From NCBI GenBank assembly GCA_045657745.1, contig JAZOTR010000091.1:1-51389 (forward strand): a DNA stretch of 51,389 bases, written 5' to 3'. The position numbers were made by a program, and so were the translations under genes. Position 1 is the first letter of the stretch. Each line of letters begins with the position of its first letter. Shown piece by piece: positions 10,173 to 17,914 of the stretch. This stretch comes from Acutalibacteraceae bacterium (GTDB lineage: Bacteria; Bacillota; Clostridia; Oscillospirales; Acutalibacteraceae). Under the pieces are notes generated by a model. The model did no database searches. It was not told the origin of the DNA and saw only the letters and a program-made list of their open reading frames with translations.

Positions 10173-11627
10173 ATGAATCGTAAAATGGTTTTTTATATGC
10201 TCGGGCAAATTCTAAAATTGGAAGCGGCACTTTTGTCCTTACCACTTTTATGCTCGGTAATATATTCGGAAAAAGAAGTTTTTTCTATTTTAATTACTAT
10301 TGCGGTTGCTTTGGCATTAGGTTTTATACTAACAGTTTTTAATAAAGCTAAGGATAAAACAGTTTACGCTAAAGAGGGATTTGTTATAGTTGCGCTTTCG
10401 TGGTTAGCTTTGTCGGCTATTGGCGCATTGCCGTTTGTTATAAGCGGAGCTATTCCGTCTTATGTAGATGCTTTTTTTGAAACGGTAAGCGGATTTACTA
10501 CAACGGGTGCTTCAATTTTACCTAATGTTGAAAGCATAACCTCAAAGGGATTGCTTTTTTGGCGAAGCTTTACCCATTGGATAGGCGGTATGGGTGTAAT
10601 TGTGCTTATTATGGCTATCGTTCCTACCGATTCGGGCCGTTCAATTCACATAATGCGCGCAGAAATGCCCGGACCTATTGTTGGTAAATTAGTGCCTAAA
10701 ATTAAATCTACTGCAAAAATTCTTTATTTAATTTATATTGCGCTAACATTTTTACAGGTTGTTTTGCTTTGTTTGGGCGATATGAGCTTGTACGAGTCTT
10801 TAATTCACGCTTTTGGTACTGCGGGTACGGGTGGTTTTGGTATTAAGGCAGATAGCGTTGCTTCCTATAGCCCTTATATACAATGGGTAATAACAATATT
10901 TATGCTTATTTTTGGCGTGAACTTTAATCTTTATTACCTTATCCTTATAAGAAAATTTGCAAATGCCATTAAAAGCGAGGAACTTTGGACTTATATAATT
11001 CTCGTTCTTGCAAGCGTAGGACTAGTAACATATAATATTTATCCTACGTATAAGAATATAGGCGAAGCCGTAAGGCTTTCAGCGTTTCAGGTTTCTTCTA
11101 TAATTACAACAACGGGCTACGCAACGGCTGATTTTAATATGTGGCCGTCGTTAGCTAAAGCGATACTATTTATATTAATGTTTGTTGGTGCCTGCGCGGG
11201 TTCAACGGCGGGCGGACTTAAAATTTCAAGAATTGTATTAGTATTCAAAAATATAAGAGTAAATTTAAAGCATATGCTGCATTCACGCTCGGTAGAATCG
11301 GTAAGATTCGAGGGGGCAAGAGTGGAAAAGGATACAATAGTGGGAACACTTGGCTACTTAGCGGTATACCTTTTTTGTTTCACGGCAATATTCTTACTTT
11401 TGAGTTTTGAGCCTTTTGATTTAGAAACAAATATATCGGCGGTAACGGCTTGCTTTAATAACGTGGGCCCCGGTTTTGAGGGTGTAGGTCCTACAAGCAG
11501 TTATGCTGCATACTCGGCTTTTTCAAAGGTATTGCTTTCCTTTGCAATGCTTTTAGGCAGACTTGAAATTTATCCTATATTGCTTTTATTTACACCAAAA
11601 ATTTGGGCAACAAGTAAAAGGAAATAA
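10173..11627 (+). CDS. trkH: K+ transporter TrkH
   Basis: 484-aa polytopic protein, TrkH-type TTTG/GTGG/TTGY/STAGG filter repeats; 7 nt after trkA. Confidence 0.85.
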   Translation: MNRKMVFYMLGQILKLEAALLSLPLLCSVIYSEKEVFSILITIAVALALGFILTVFNKAKDKTVYAKEGFVIVALSWLALSAIGALPFVISGAIPSYVDAFFETVSGFTTTGASILPNVESITSKGLLFWRSFTHWIGGMGVIVLIMAIVPTDSGRSIHIMRAEMPGPIVGKLVPKIKSTAKILYLIYIALTFLQVVLLCLGDMSLYESLIHAFGTAGTGGFGIKADSVASYSPYIQWVITIFMLIFGVNFNLYYLILIRKFANAIKSEELWTYIILVLASVGLVTYNIYPTYKNIGEAVRLSAFQVSSIITTTGYATADFNMWPSLAKAILFILMFVGACAGSTAGGLKISRIVLVFKNIRVNLKHMLHSRSVESVRFEGARVEKDTIVGTLGYLAVYLFCFTAIFLLLSFEPFDLETNISAVTACFNNVGPGFEGVGPTSSYAAYSAFSKVLLSFAMLLGRLEIYPILLLFTPKIWATSKRK

Positions 11628-11630
11628 TGA

Positions 11631-11664
11631 AAATCCCACCTAAACTAAACGTTAGGTGGGATTT
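11631..11664 (+). terminator. Intrinsic terminator after trkH
   Basis: AAATCCCACCTAA / TTAGGTGGGATTT stem followed by T-rich tail. Confidence 0.7.
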
Positions 11665-11694
11665 ATAATACTATGTGGATTAACTTAATTAAAC

Positions 11695-11723
11695 TTGACT
11701 TTATTTAAGATTTAGAATATAAT
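11695..11723 (+). promoter_or_regulatory. Sigma-70 promoter of tRNA-Leu
   Basis: TTGACT, 17-nt spacer, TATAAT; -10 ends 16 nt upstream of the mature tRNA 5' end. Confidence 0.7.
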
Positions 11724-11739
11724 CTCTTATGTTAAATAT

Positions 11740-11824
11740 GCACCTGTGGTGAAACTGGCAAACACGTACGGTTCAGGTCCGTATGTCGCAAGACTTGCAG
11801 GTTCAAGTCCTGTCAGGTGCACCA
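11740..11824 (+). tRNA. tRNA-Leu (anticodon CAG), type II with long variable arm, CCA encoded
   Basis: Hand-folded. Acceptor GCACCTG/CAGGTGC. Anticodon stem TACGG/CCGTA with loop TTCAGGT. Variable stem GTC/GAC. T-arm with TTCAAGT loop. Discriminator A followed by CCA. Confidence 0.9.
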
Positions 11825-11831
11825 AAGCAAT

Positions 11832-11876
11832 ATAATCCGAACCAAATCTTCCCTGTGGGAGACGGGTTCGGATTAT
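11832..11876 (+). terminator. tRNA-Leu terminator hairpin; candidate attL of the adjacent mobilizable element
   Basis: ATAATCCGAACC / GGTTCGGATTAT 12-bp stem with inner TCCC/GGGA stem and T-rich tail; arms resemble the hairpin at 17584-17631. Confidence 0.6.
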
Positions 11877-11912
11877 TTGTTTATTTCAAGCGATATGAAG
11901 AAACGTTTTTTC

Positions 11913-12185
11913 CTATTGGTGCACCGATAAAACCAAATTCAAAACCACGAGGACCAAGAAAAAAGAAAAGTATATAAAAACAGCGAGAGCCGCCGTATCG
12001 GTAGCTCTCGCTGTTTTATTATGTACTTTTAATGCGGCTTGTTCTGCCTTCCAAGCGGCGAACTCGCGCTGTCCTTCTTCGCTATCGTAAAATGCCCGAA
12101 TATCATCGAACACACAACGTGCGAAGCGCTCTATTGCGTACTGAGGGACGTTTGTTTTATTTATTAACTTTTTCTTTCTTGCCAT
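11913..12185 (-). CDS. Small hypothetical protein of the mobile element; C-terminal third doubtful
   Basis: N-terminal 55 aa look protein-like (MARKKKLINKTNVPQYAIERFARCVFDDIRAFYDSEEGQREFAAWKAEQ). The ORF then reads through a strong terminator hairpin into hydrophobic low-complexity sequence. Confidence 0.45.
   Translation of the reverse strand: MARKKKLINKTNVPQYAIERFARCVFDDIRAFYDSEEGQREFAAWKAEQAALKVHNKTARATDTAALAVFIYFSFFLVLVVLNLVLSVHQ
11976..12018. terminator. Bidirectional hairpin (A-run, 11-bp stem, T-run)
   Basis: ACAGCGAGAGC / GCTCTCGCTGT flanked by AAAAA and TTTT. Confidence 0.6.
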
Positions 12186-13137
12186 ATAAAAATTGTTCCT
12201 TTCTTATGTATTGGAACATTAATATATGGGAAACGATATGCGGGTGGCGGTTAGTGAAAATTGTGTCTTATATATTATATATGTGAGCAATCGCACAAAT
12301 ACCGATTGCACCTGCCTTTAGGTAAAAAAGGAAAGTAAGTAGTAGCACATACATCAAGTTATTATTTACCATTGGATGACGACACCAATATAAAAACGCG
12401 GTTTGGCACAGCCGATTCAGAGAATGTGCTCGTCGTAGTCACGTCCTAACTGTCGCGTGGCTATGTTGGTCAGGGGTTGGAGTTGGAAGATAGACCTCAT
12501 TAAGCCTAACCCGATATTATATCGGTACATTGGTTAAAACTATCCCAAAAGTGAGGGCATGGCCACCGCGCTCATGTATGGAGGGCGCAGGGGATGCACA
12601 GACATACCGAAAGGTTACGCACGTGGAAAAGTGTGGCTTGGCGCGTGTAGAAAGTGTAGTGGATTTAATAGGTTGTAAACTTATTAAAGATACAGTCGGA
12701 CAGTAATATATTAGGGCGGCTTCTCAGAGTGCTACAGGAGAAGTCTGCCCAAAAGATGCCGTTGCTGCTTAATCTTCAAACGTCAATAGCAGTACATTAG
12801 TTTTTTCTTATTCATACATTTCACCTCTATCAAAATCCTTACAGAAAAGGATAGAAAACGCAACCATCTGCAAGCCGAATTAAATTCGCCTTAGATGGTT
12901 GCTTTTCCTTATACAAGAGGAAAAAACTTGTGGTGAGTTGTGGGCGTGTTGGCTTGCAGTTAACTTATCAAAAAATTGCAACGGCAACGGCATCTTTCTG
13001 AGGCGAACTTCAATTCAAAACAAAACCATAACAGCAATGATTCAAAGGAGAGCTGAGGAGATCGGTGACCCGACGAAGCTCTCCTATAGATATACACATA
13101 ACATTAGCAATAATATAAAAGGGTAAGGCTCAAAACC

Positions 13138-14112
13138 TTACCCTCTTTCTATGTCATCAAGATCATAATCATATTCAATTTCTCTTTCCAAAGGTTCTTT
13201 CTCTTGCTCGAAAACGCCAAGTTCTTGTGCTTCAAACTGCGCTTCCCAAGAGGCGCGCAACTGTTCAAAATTTCTACCCATATAACTGTTAAAGCCGTCT
13301 ATAATGTGTTTGACCTCGCCGTTTTCACCACGAACTTTGGCTTTTTTTATAAATTCAAACATACAATACTGTATGAATGGTTGCTCAACTTGTTCAGCAA
13401 GAAGATTGCTCATTTCTTGCAGTTTTTGATTTTTAAAGGTAAGTTTCTTGCACTCTTTACGTAATACCTCGGCTTGTTGTTCAAGACCTTCAATCTCTAA
13501 TAAGTTGGTGTTTTTCTTGTATTCTTGTACCGTTAGGTGTTCGCGTCTATGTTCGGGATCTTGAGTTTCGCCACGTTCCATACCTCGCGGCTTGCCGACT
13601 TGCTCATAAAAATCGTCTTGTCGGCGGCGGTAGTCGGCACGACCACCCATAATATCACGCGCAGACAAACGATTTTGACCGTCATCGCCGTGTATTACGG
13701 CGGGAGAAATACAAGCTAAATGGGGAACTTTTTCGTCGAAATGAATAACCGCATTCATAACCTTACCGTATGTTTTTTCGTGGTATGCAAGACAATCCTT
13801 GAAATATGAAACGATTTCTTCCAAACTTTTGTCAGCGAACCACTCGGGCGAAGCACCATAGAAGCCCTCAAGCACAACAACGCTGTTTTTCCTTTCTTGG
13901 ACTTTTGCTTCTTCAAGTGCTTTGGTTACAGCTTTGCCCCAATTATCTGCTTTTACCAAAAATATGTTAAAATCGGTAAAATCCCAATTTATGTCCGAAG
14001 CGGCAAAATCTCTGCCTTTCTTAAAATCTTCGGAAGTTCGATTTGCCTCAATTTGTAAGCCGTAAAGGGCTGAACGTTTACGCTTTTCAACTCTCATTAT
14101 ACAGTATGCCAT
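13138..14112 (-). CDS. Mob/Pre plasmid-recombination-type relaxase (MOBV family), atypical active-site residues
   Basis: N-terminus MAYCIMRVEKRKRSALYG aligns with MobM MSYMVARMQKMKAGNLGG. HFDEKVPH matches the HxDExxPH motif. Coiled-coil C-terminal half. Confidence 0.8.
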   Translation of the reverse strand: MAYCIMRVEKRKRSALYGLQIEANRTSEDFKKGRDFAASDINWDFTDFNIFLVKADNWGKAVTKALEEAKVQERKNSVVVLEGFYGASPEWFADKSLEEIVSYFKDCLAYHEKTYGKVMNAVIHFDEKVPHLACISPAVIHGDDGQNRLSARDIMGGRADYRRRQDDFYEQVGKPRGMERGETQDPEHRREHLTVQEYKKNTNLLEIEGLEQQAEVLRKECKKLTFKNQKLQEMSNLLAEQVEQPFIQYCMFEFIKKAKVRGENGEVKHIIDGFNSYMGRNFEQLRASWEAQFEAQELGVFEQEKEPLEREIEYDYDLDDIERG

Positions 14113-14178
14113 AGGAATCTCCTTGTTTTAGCAATCGGGGGCGTGTGTCAGACTTCCGCTTTCCGTGTTTTGCCACTC

Positions 14179-14345
14179 AACCGATAATTCAACCGCTCGA
14201 CAGTTGCCGTGCCGTTGGTTATCGGTTTCGTTGACACTTGCAAATTTTCCTCGTTGCCGAAAGCGTATATTCGGCACTCGTCAACTTTGCAATTGCGTCA
14301 ACACTCCAAGCAAAGTCTAACACACTAGACAAAGCTCCGCTTTGT
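14179..14345 (-). promoter_or_regulatory. oriT-like inverted-repeat cluster upstream of the relaxase gene
   Basis: AACCGATAA/TTATCGGTT (14179/14219). GTTGACACTTGCAA/TTGCAATTGCGTCAAC (14230/14287) enclosing TGCCGAA/TTCGGCA. ACAAAGC/GCTTTGT hairpin next to the minus-strand CTAGTGTGTTAG. Confidence 0.4.
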
Positions 14346-14459
14346 TCGTTGTGGCAAGGGCGTACCCCTGCACCCCTCTATATTGCTTTTGTTTCAAAAA
14401 CAATATAGAATACAAACATCAATATTGCTTGTAAAGGATAGCGTATTGATATTTGTATA

Positions 14460-14468
14460 TGTTATAAT
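14460..14468 (+). promoter_or_regulatory. Extended -10 element (TGTTATAAT) upstream of the sigma-factor gene
   Basis: TGnTATAAT match about 70 nt upstream of the TTG start; no good -35. Confidence 0.35.
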
Positions 14469-14536
14469 AAATTTAGTGCGTGATATTTGTGAATAAAACA
14501 GTAGTATATTGTTGAGGCAGAAAGGATGGTGTTCCA

Positions 14537-15094
14537 TTGGAAGATAGTAAAATAGTTGAACTGTTCTATGAGCGCTCAGAACAAGCAATCATTGAACTAT
14601 CAAGAAAATATGAAAGACTCTGCAAAAAAATTGCTAAAAACATATTAGGAAATAGTCTTGACGCTGAAGAATGTGTGAATGATGCGTACTTAGGAGTATG
14701 GAATACGATACCGCCTCAAAATCCAAACCCCTTAATTACCTATGTTTGCAAAATTGTACGAAATGTTGCGGTCAAAAAATATCATAACAATACAGCAATC
14801 AAAAGAAATACATCCTATGATGTGTCTTTGGACGAGCTTGAAAATTGCTTTTGTGAACTTAATACTGCCGAAGATGAGTACAGTTTAAAATTACTTTCAG
14901 AAGAAATAGACAAATTCCTTGATACCCTTGAAAGAGAAAACCGTGTTATATTTGTGAGAAGATATTGGTATGCAGACTCAATAACTGATATCGCAGAAAG
15001 AGTTTCTATGAGCAGTCATAATGTTACAGCTCGTCTTTATCGTATAAGGGAAAATCTAAAAAAACATTTAAAAAAGGTAGGTTATAGTATATGA
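14537..15094 (+). CDS. Sigma-70 family (ECF-like) RNA polymerase sigma factor
   Basis: Region-2-like segment (DAEECVNDAYLGVW) and region-4 HTH (SITDIAERVSMSSHNVTARLYRIRENLKK); TTG start. Confidence 0.8.
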   Translation: MEDSKIVELFYERSEQAIIELSRKYERLCKKIAKNILGNSLDAEECVNDAYLGVWNTIPPQNPNPLITYVCKIVRNVAVKKYHNNTAIKRNTSYDVSLDELENCFCELNTAEDEYSLKLLSEEIDKFLDTLERENRVIFVRRYWYADSITDIAERVSMSSHNVTARLYRIRENLKKHLKKVGYSI

Positions 15095-15840
15095 AGCGTG
15101 AATCGATTTCAAAAGTTATAAGCAACTTAAATGAACACCATATTTCAGAAGCTGAAAATTATACTTCAACAGTAAAGCGATATAGCATTAAAACATTTTT
15201 TATAAAAGCTCCTGTTGCCGCTTGTTTAATTCTGTGCTTGTTGGTTGGAACAGTTGCATATGCAGCGTATGAAGCTTATGAATGGTCAACATCCATTTTG
15301 TTTGAAGACGGCTCTAAGGTTCAGCTTGTAGAAAATGCGGCCTTTAAAGAAATCCCCGACAGCGCACCCAAAACTGAACGCACTGAAGATAGTATAGGAA
15401 CAATCAAAATGACTCATGCAGAAGTCGAAAAGGTTCTTGGCTTTAATATTCTTGGTTATGATAAGGCAACATCAGATGAGATGGGTTATAAAACCATGCA
15501 AAATGAAGATGAAACAATAGGCAGAATAGACTTGTGGTGGGCAGACTTTTTAGAGATTAGTGAAGATAAGCAAATGACTCTTCATATTTCAATGCTTAAT
15601 AAAGGCGCAGACGAAGGATTTATTTTAGCGTTCGAGGAAGGTCAGGATGCAGCAGGTGGAAAAAAACTTGAAAATGTAGTAACTATTGATTCACTTGATA
15701 CAAAAATTGTTGTGTATAAGTCAGATTCGCACGATAACAAAATTACAATGACATTTGTCTACGATAATGTGTTATATCAGTTTGGAGGATTTGATTTCAC
15801 CGAAAGCGAAATGCTTTCTGTGATAGAACAAATGAAATAA
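15091..15840 (+). CDS. Single-pass membrane protein coupled to the sigma factor (putative anti-sigma, DUF4367-like C-terminus)
   Basis: 4-nt overlap with the sigma gene; cytoplasmic N-tail, one TM helix (APVAACLILCLLVGTVAYAAY), extracytoplasmic domain. Confidence 0.5.
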   Translation: MKRESISKVISNLNEHHISEAENYTSTVKRYSIKTFFIKAPVAACLILCLLVGTVAYAAYEAYEWSTSILFEDGSKVQLVENAAFKEIPDSAPKTERTEDSIGTIKMTHAEVEKVLGFNILGYDKATSDEMGYKTMQNEDETIGRIDLWWADFLEISEDKQMTLHISMLNKGADEGFILAFEEGQDAAGGKKLENVVTIDSLDTKIVVYKSDSHDNKITMTFVYDNVLYQFGGFDFTESEMLSVIEQMK

Positions 15841-15933
15841 ACTCAAGTTTGTCGAATTAAAAACCGATCTCTTCGTTGACTAAAGTGTCCCCTTATGGTA
15901 TATTTTAATTAATATACCGTAAGGGGAATTTTT

Positions 15934-17424
15934 ATGGAAAGTATAAAAGCTGTAATTTACGCAAGATATTCATCGAGCGGTCAACGAGAAGAATCTATCG
16001 AAGGTCAGATTAAAGATTGCACTGCTTTTGCAGAACGCAACGGCTACACCATTATAGGAACTTATGTAGATAGAGCGTTGACGGCAACAACTGATAAACG
16101 CCCCGAATTTCAAAAAATGATTAGCGATAGCAAAAAGAAGCAATTTGATTTAATCATTGTATGGAAACTTGACCGCTTTGCTCGAAACCGCTATGATAGT
16201 GCAAAATACAAGTATCAGCTGAGACAAAATGGAATTAGAGTTGTTTCCGCAACTGAAACTATTGCAGAGGGATCGGCTGGTATATTAACTGAAGCCATGC
16301 TTGAGGGTATGGCAGAATGGTACTCCGAAAATTTAAAGGAAAATGTTCTTCGTGGCTTAACAGTTAATGCAAGTAAATGTAAGTGGAACGGCGGCACACT
16401 TCCTATCGGTTATGTAGTTGACGAGGAACGGCATCTTCAGGTTAATGAACTGACCGCCCCTTATGTGCTTGAGGTATTCAAAAAATACGATAGCGGCAAA
16501 ACTATAAAAGAAATCAAGGACTTTCTTAACGAAAAAGGTATTACTAATACAAAAGGTAAACCTGTGAGTTGGGCGGCAGTTCAACATATGCTTTCTAACC
16601 GCCGTTATATCGGTGAGTATTCTTTCCGAGAAATAGTTATACCTGATGGAATACCTTCCATTATTCCACTTGATTTATTTGAACGAGTTCAAGAAAAACT
16701 TGAAAAGAATAGTAAGGCTCCATCACGAAACAAGGCAAAAGAAAACTATTTACTGACAACTAAAATATTCTGCGGTAATTGTGGTACCTCTATGAACGGA
16801 GAAACAGGAACTAGTCGCAACGGCACAGTTCACCGCTATTATAAATGCCATGCAGTTAAGAAAAAATTGAACGATTGCAAGAAAAAATCTGTTAAAAAAG
16901 AGTGGATTGAAGATTTAGTTGTCAACGAAACAATGGCTATGTTGATGGATGATGATATGATAGAAGCAATCGTTTCAATGCTTATGAGATTGCAGGATGA
17001 AGAAAATACCGATTTACCAATGTATGAAAAACAATTACACCAAACCGAAACAGCGATTGATAATATTGTTACGGCGGTTATGGGCGGCATGGTTTCCAAA
17101 ACATTGCAAGAAAAATTAACGCAACTTGAAGCAACAAAGGAAGAATTGCTTGTTCGGATAGCAGAGGAAAAATTAGAAAAACCCAAAATTTCTACCGAGT
17201 TTATGACATTTTGGTTGCACCGCTTCCGTAAACTTGACGTGCGACAAGAAGCCCACCGACAAATGCTGATTGACACCTTTGTCAACGCAATATTTGTTTA
17301 TGATGATAAACTGTTGCTTACTTTCAACTTTAAAGATGGTACACGCACAATCTCGTTGACCGATACAAAAATAGCGGTTGATAAGAATATTGGTTCGAAT
17401 TTGGATTGCTCAGGCGCACCATAA
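15934..17424 (+). CDS. Large serine recombinase
   Basis: N-terminal resolvase domain with AVIYARYSSSGQ catalytic-Ser context, recombinase domain, CGNCG...YYKC zinc ribbon, coiled-coil tail; 496 aa. Confidence 0.9.
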   Translation: MESIKAVIYARYSSSGQREESIEGQIKDCTAFAERNGYTIIGTYVDRALTATTDKRPEFQKMISDSKKKQFDLIIVWKLDRFARNRYDSAKYKYQLRQNGIRVVSATETIAEGSAGILTEAMLEGMAEWYSENLKENVLRGLTVNASKCKWNGGTLPIGYVVDEERHLQVNELTAPYVLEVFKKYDSGKTIKEIKDFLNEKGITNTKGKPVSWAAVQHMLSNRRYIGEYSFREIVIPDGIPSIIPLDLFERVQEKLEKNSKAPSRNKAKENYLLTTKIFCGNCGTSMNGETGTSRNGTVHRYYKCHAVKKKLNDCKKKSVKKEWIEDLVVNETMAMLMDDDMIEAIVSMLMRLQDEENTDLPMYEKQLHQTETAIDNIVTAVMGGMVSKTLQEKLTQLEATKEELLVRIAEEKLEKPKISTEFMTFWLHRFRKLDVRQEAHRQMLIDTFVNAIFVYDDKLLLTFNFKDGTRTISLTDTKIAVDKNIGSNLDCSGAP

Positions 17425-17450
17425 TTCGTGGTTAATTTGGAACCACAGTC

Positions 17451-17487
17451 GAAAACCCTTGATTTTTCAAGGGTTTTCAGCGTTTTT
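17451..17487 (+). terminator. Intrinsic terminator after the recombinase gene
   Basis: GAAAACCCTTG / CAAGGGTTTTC stem followed by T-rich tail. Confidence 0.7.
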
Positions 17488-17583
17488 AAGGGCAAAACTC
17501 ATTTCCCAATTTTGAAGCACCATTTGGGTGTGTTTTTAAGTCTTAAGGGAGTCGAACTCACCATTTTTGCTCAATTTCACAGA

Positions 17584-17631
17584 AATAACCGAATTTTTAT
17601 TACAAAATAATGTAATGAGGGTTCGGTTATT
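17584..17631. repeat. Imperfect palindrome, candidate attR
   Basis: AATAACCGAA ... TTCGGTTATT 10-bp arms around a 28-nt AT-rich spacer; arms match the 11832-11876 hairpin. Confidence 0.4.
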
Positions 17632-17666
17632 AATTTTTTACCGAATTTCTCAAAAAAGGAGTATTT

Positions 17667-17867
17667 ATGAACGGTAAAAACTATGAATCTGTGTTTAAAA
17701 ATGTCGGTGAGCCTATTGATCTGTTTCTTATAGATGATTTTCCCGGTCATCCGTATAAAGTAATAGATAATTCAGACATGACTGAACTGACCGAAAGCAT
17801 TAAGGCTAACGGCCTGCTTAATCCCATAAAAGTAATATTTATACCGCGTAAATTTAGTGACAAATAA
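17667..17867 (+). pseudogene. ParB/Srx-like N-terminal domain fragment (truncated)
   Basis: FPGHPYKVIDNSDMTELTESIKANGLLNPIKV matches the ParB-N core, then diverges and stops after 10 more codons. Confidence 0.5.
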
Positions 17868-17886
17868 AGTACAATCAAAAAAGCAA

Positions 17887-17914
17887 AAGCGGACGGGATT
17901 TAAACCGTCCGCTT
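17887..17914. repeat. 28-bp hairpin, copy 1 of a perfect direct repeat
   Basis: AAGCGGACGGGATTTAAACCGTCCGCTT, identical to 22988-23015; abuts the IS left end. Confidence 0.9.

Larger units (their letters stand above)
11832..17631. mobile_element. Putative integrative mobilizable element (Tn4451-like gene content: MobV relaxase + large serine recombinase)
   Basis: Relaxase, oriT-like repeats, sigma/membrane pair and serine recombinase lie between two hairpins with near-identical arms, next to a tRNA gene; boundaries are inferred. Confidence 0.45.

Noticed and set aside
12541-12660. Known housekeeping RNA (T-box, tmRNA, RNase P, SRP RNA) in the G+C-rich block
   Set aside because: GGCCACCGCG only superficially resembles the T-box GGTGGTACCGCG. 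There is no GAGGAAAGTCC (RNase P), no tRNA-like 3' end with a tag ORF (tmRNA), and no SRP domain IV motif on either strand.
12899-13126. 75-aa plus-strand ORF in the gene-free block of the mobile element
   Set aside because: It has no RBS and runs through two strong hairpins. Its composition is not protein-like. It is treated as part of the non-coding block.
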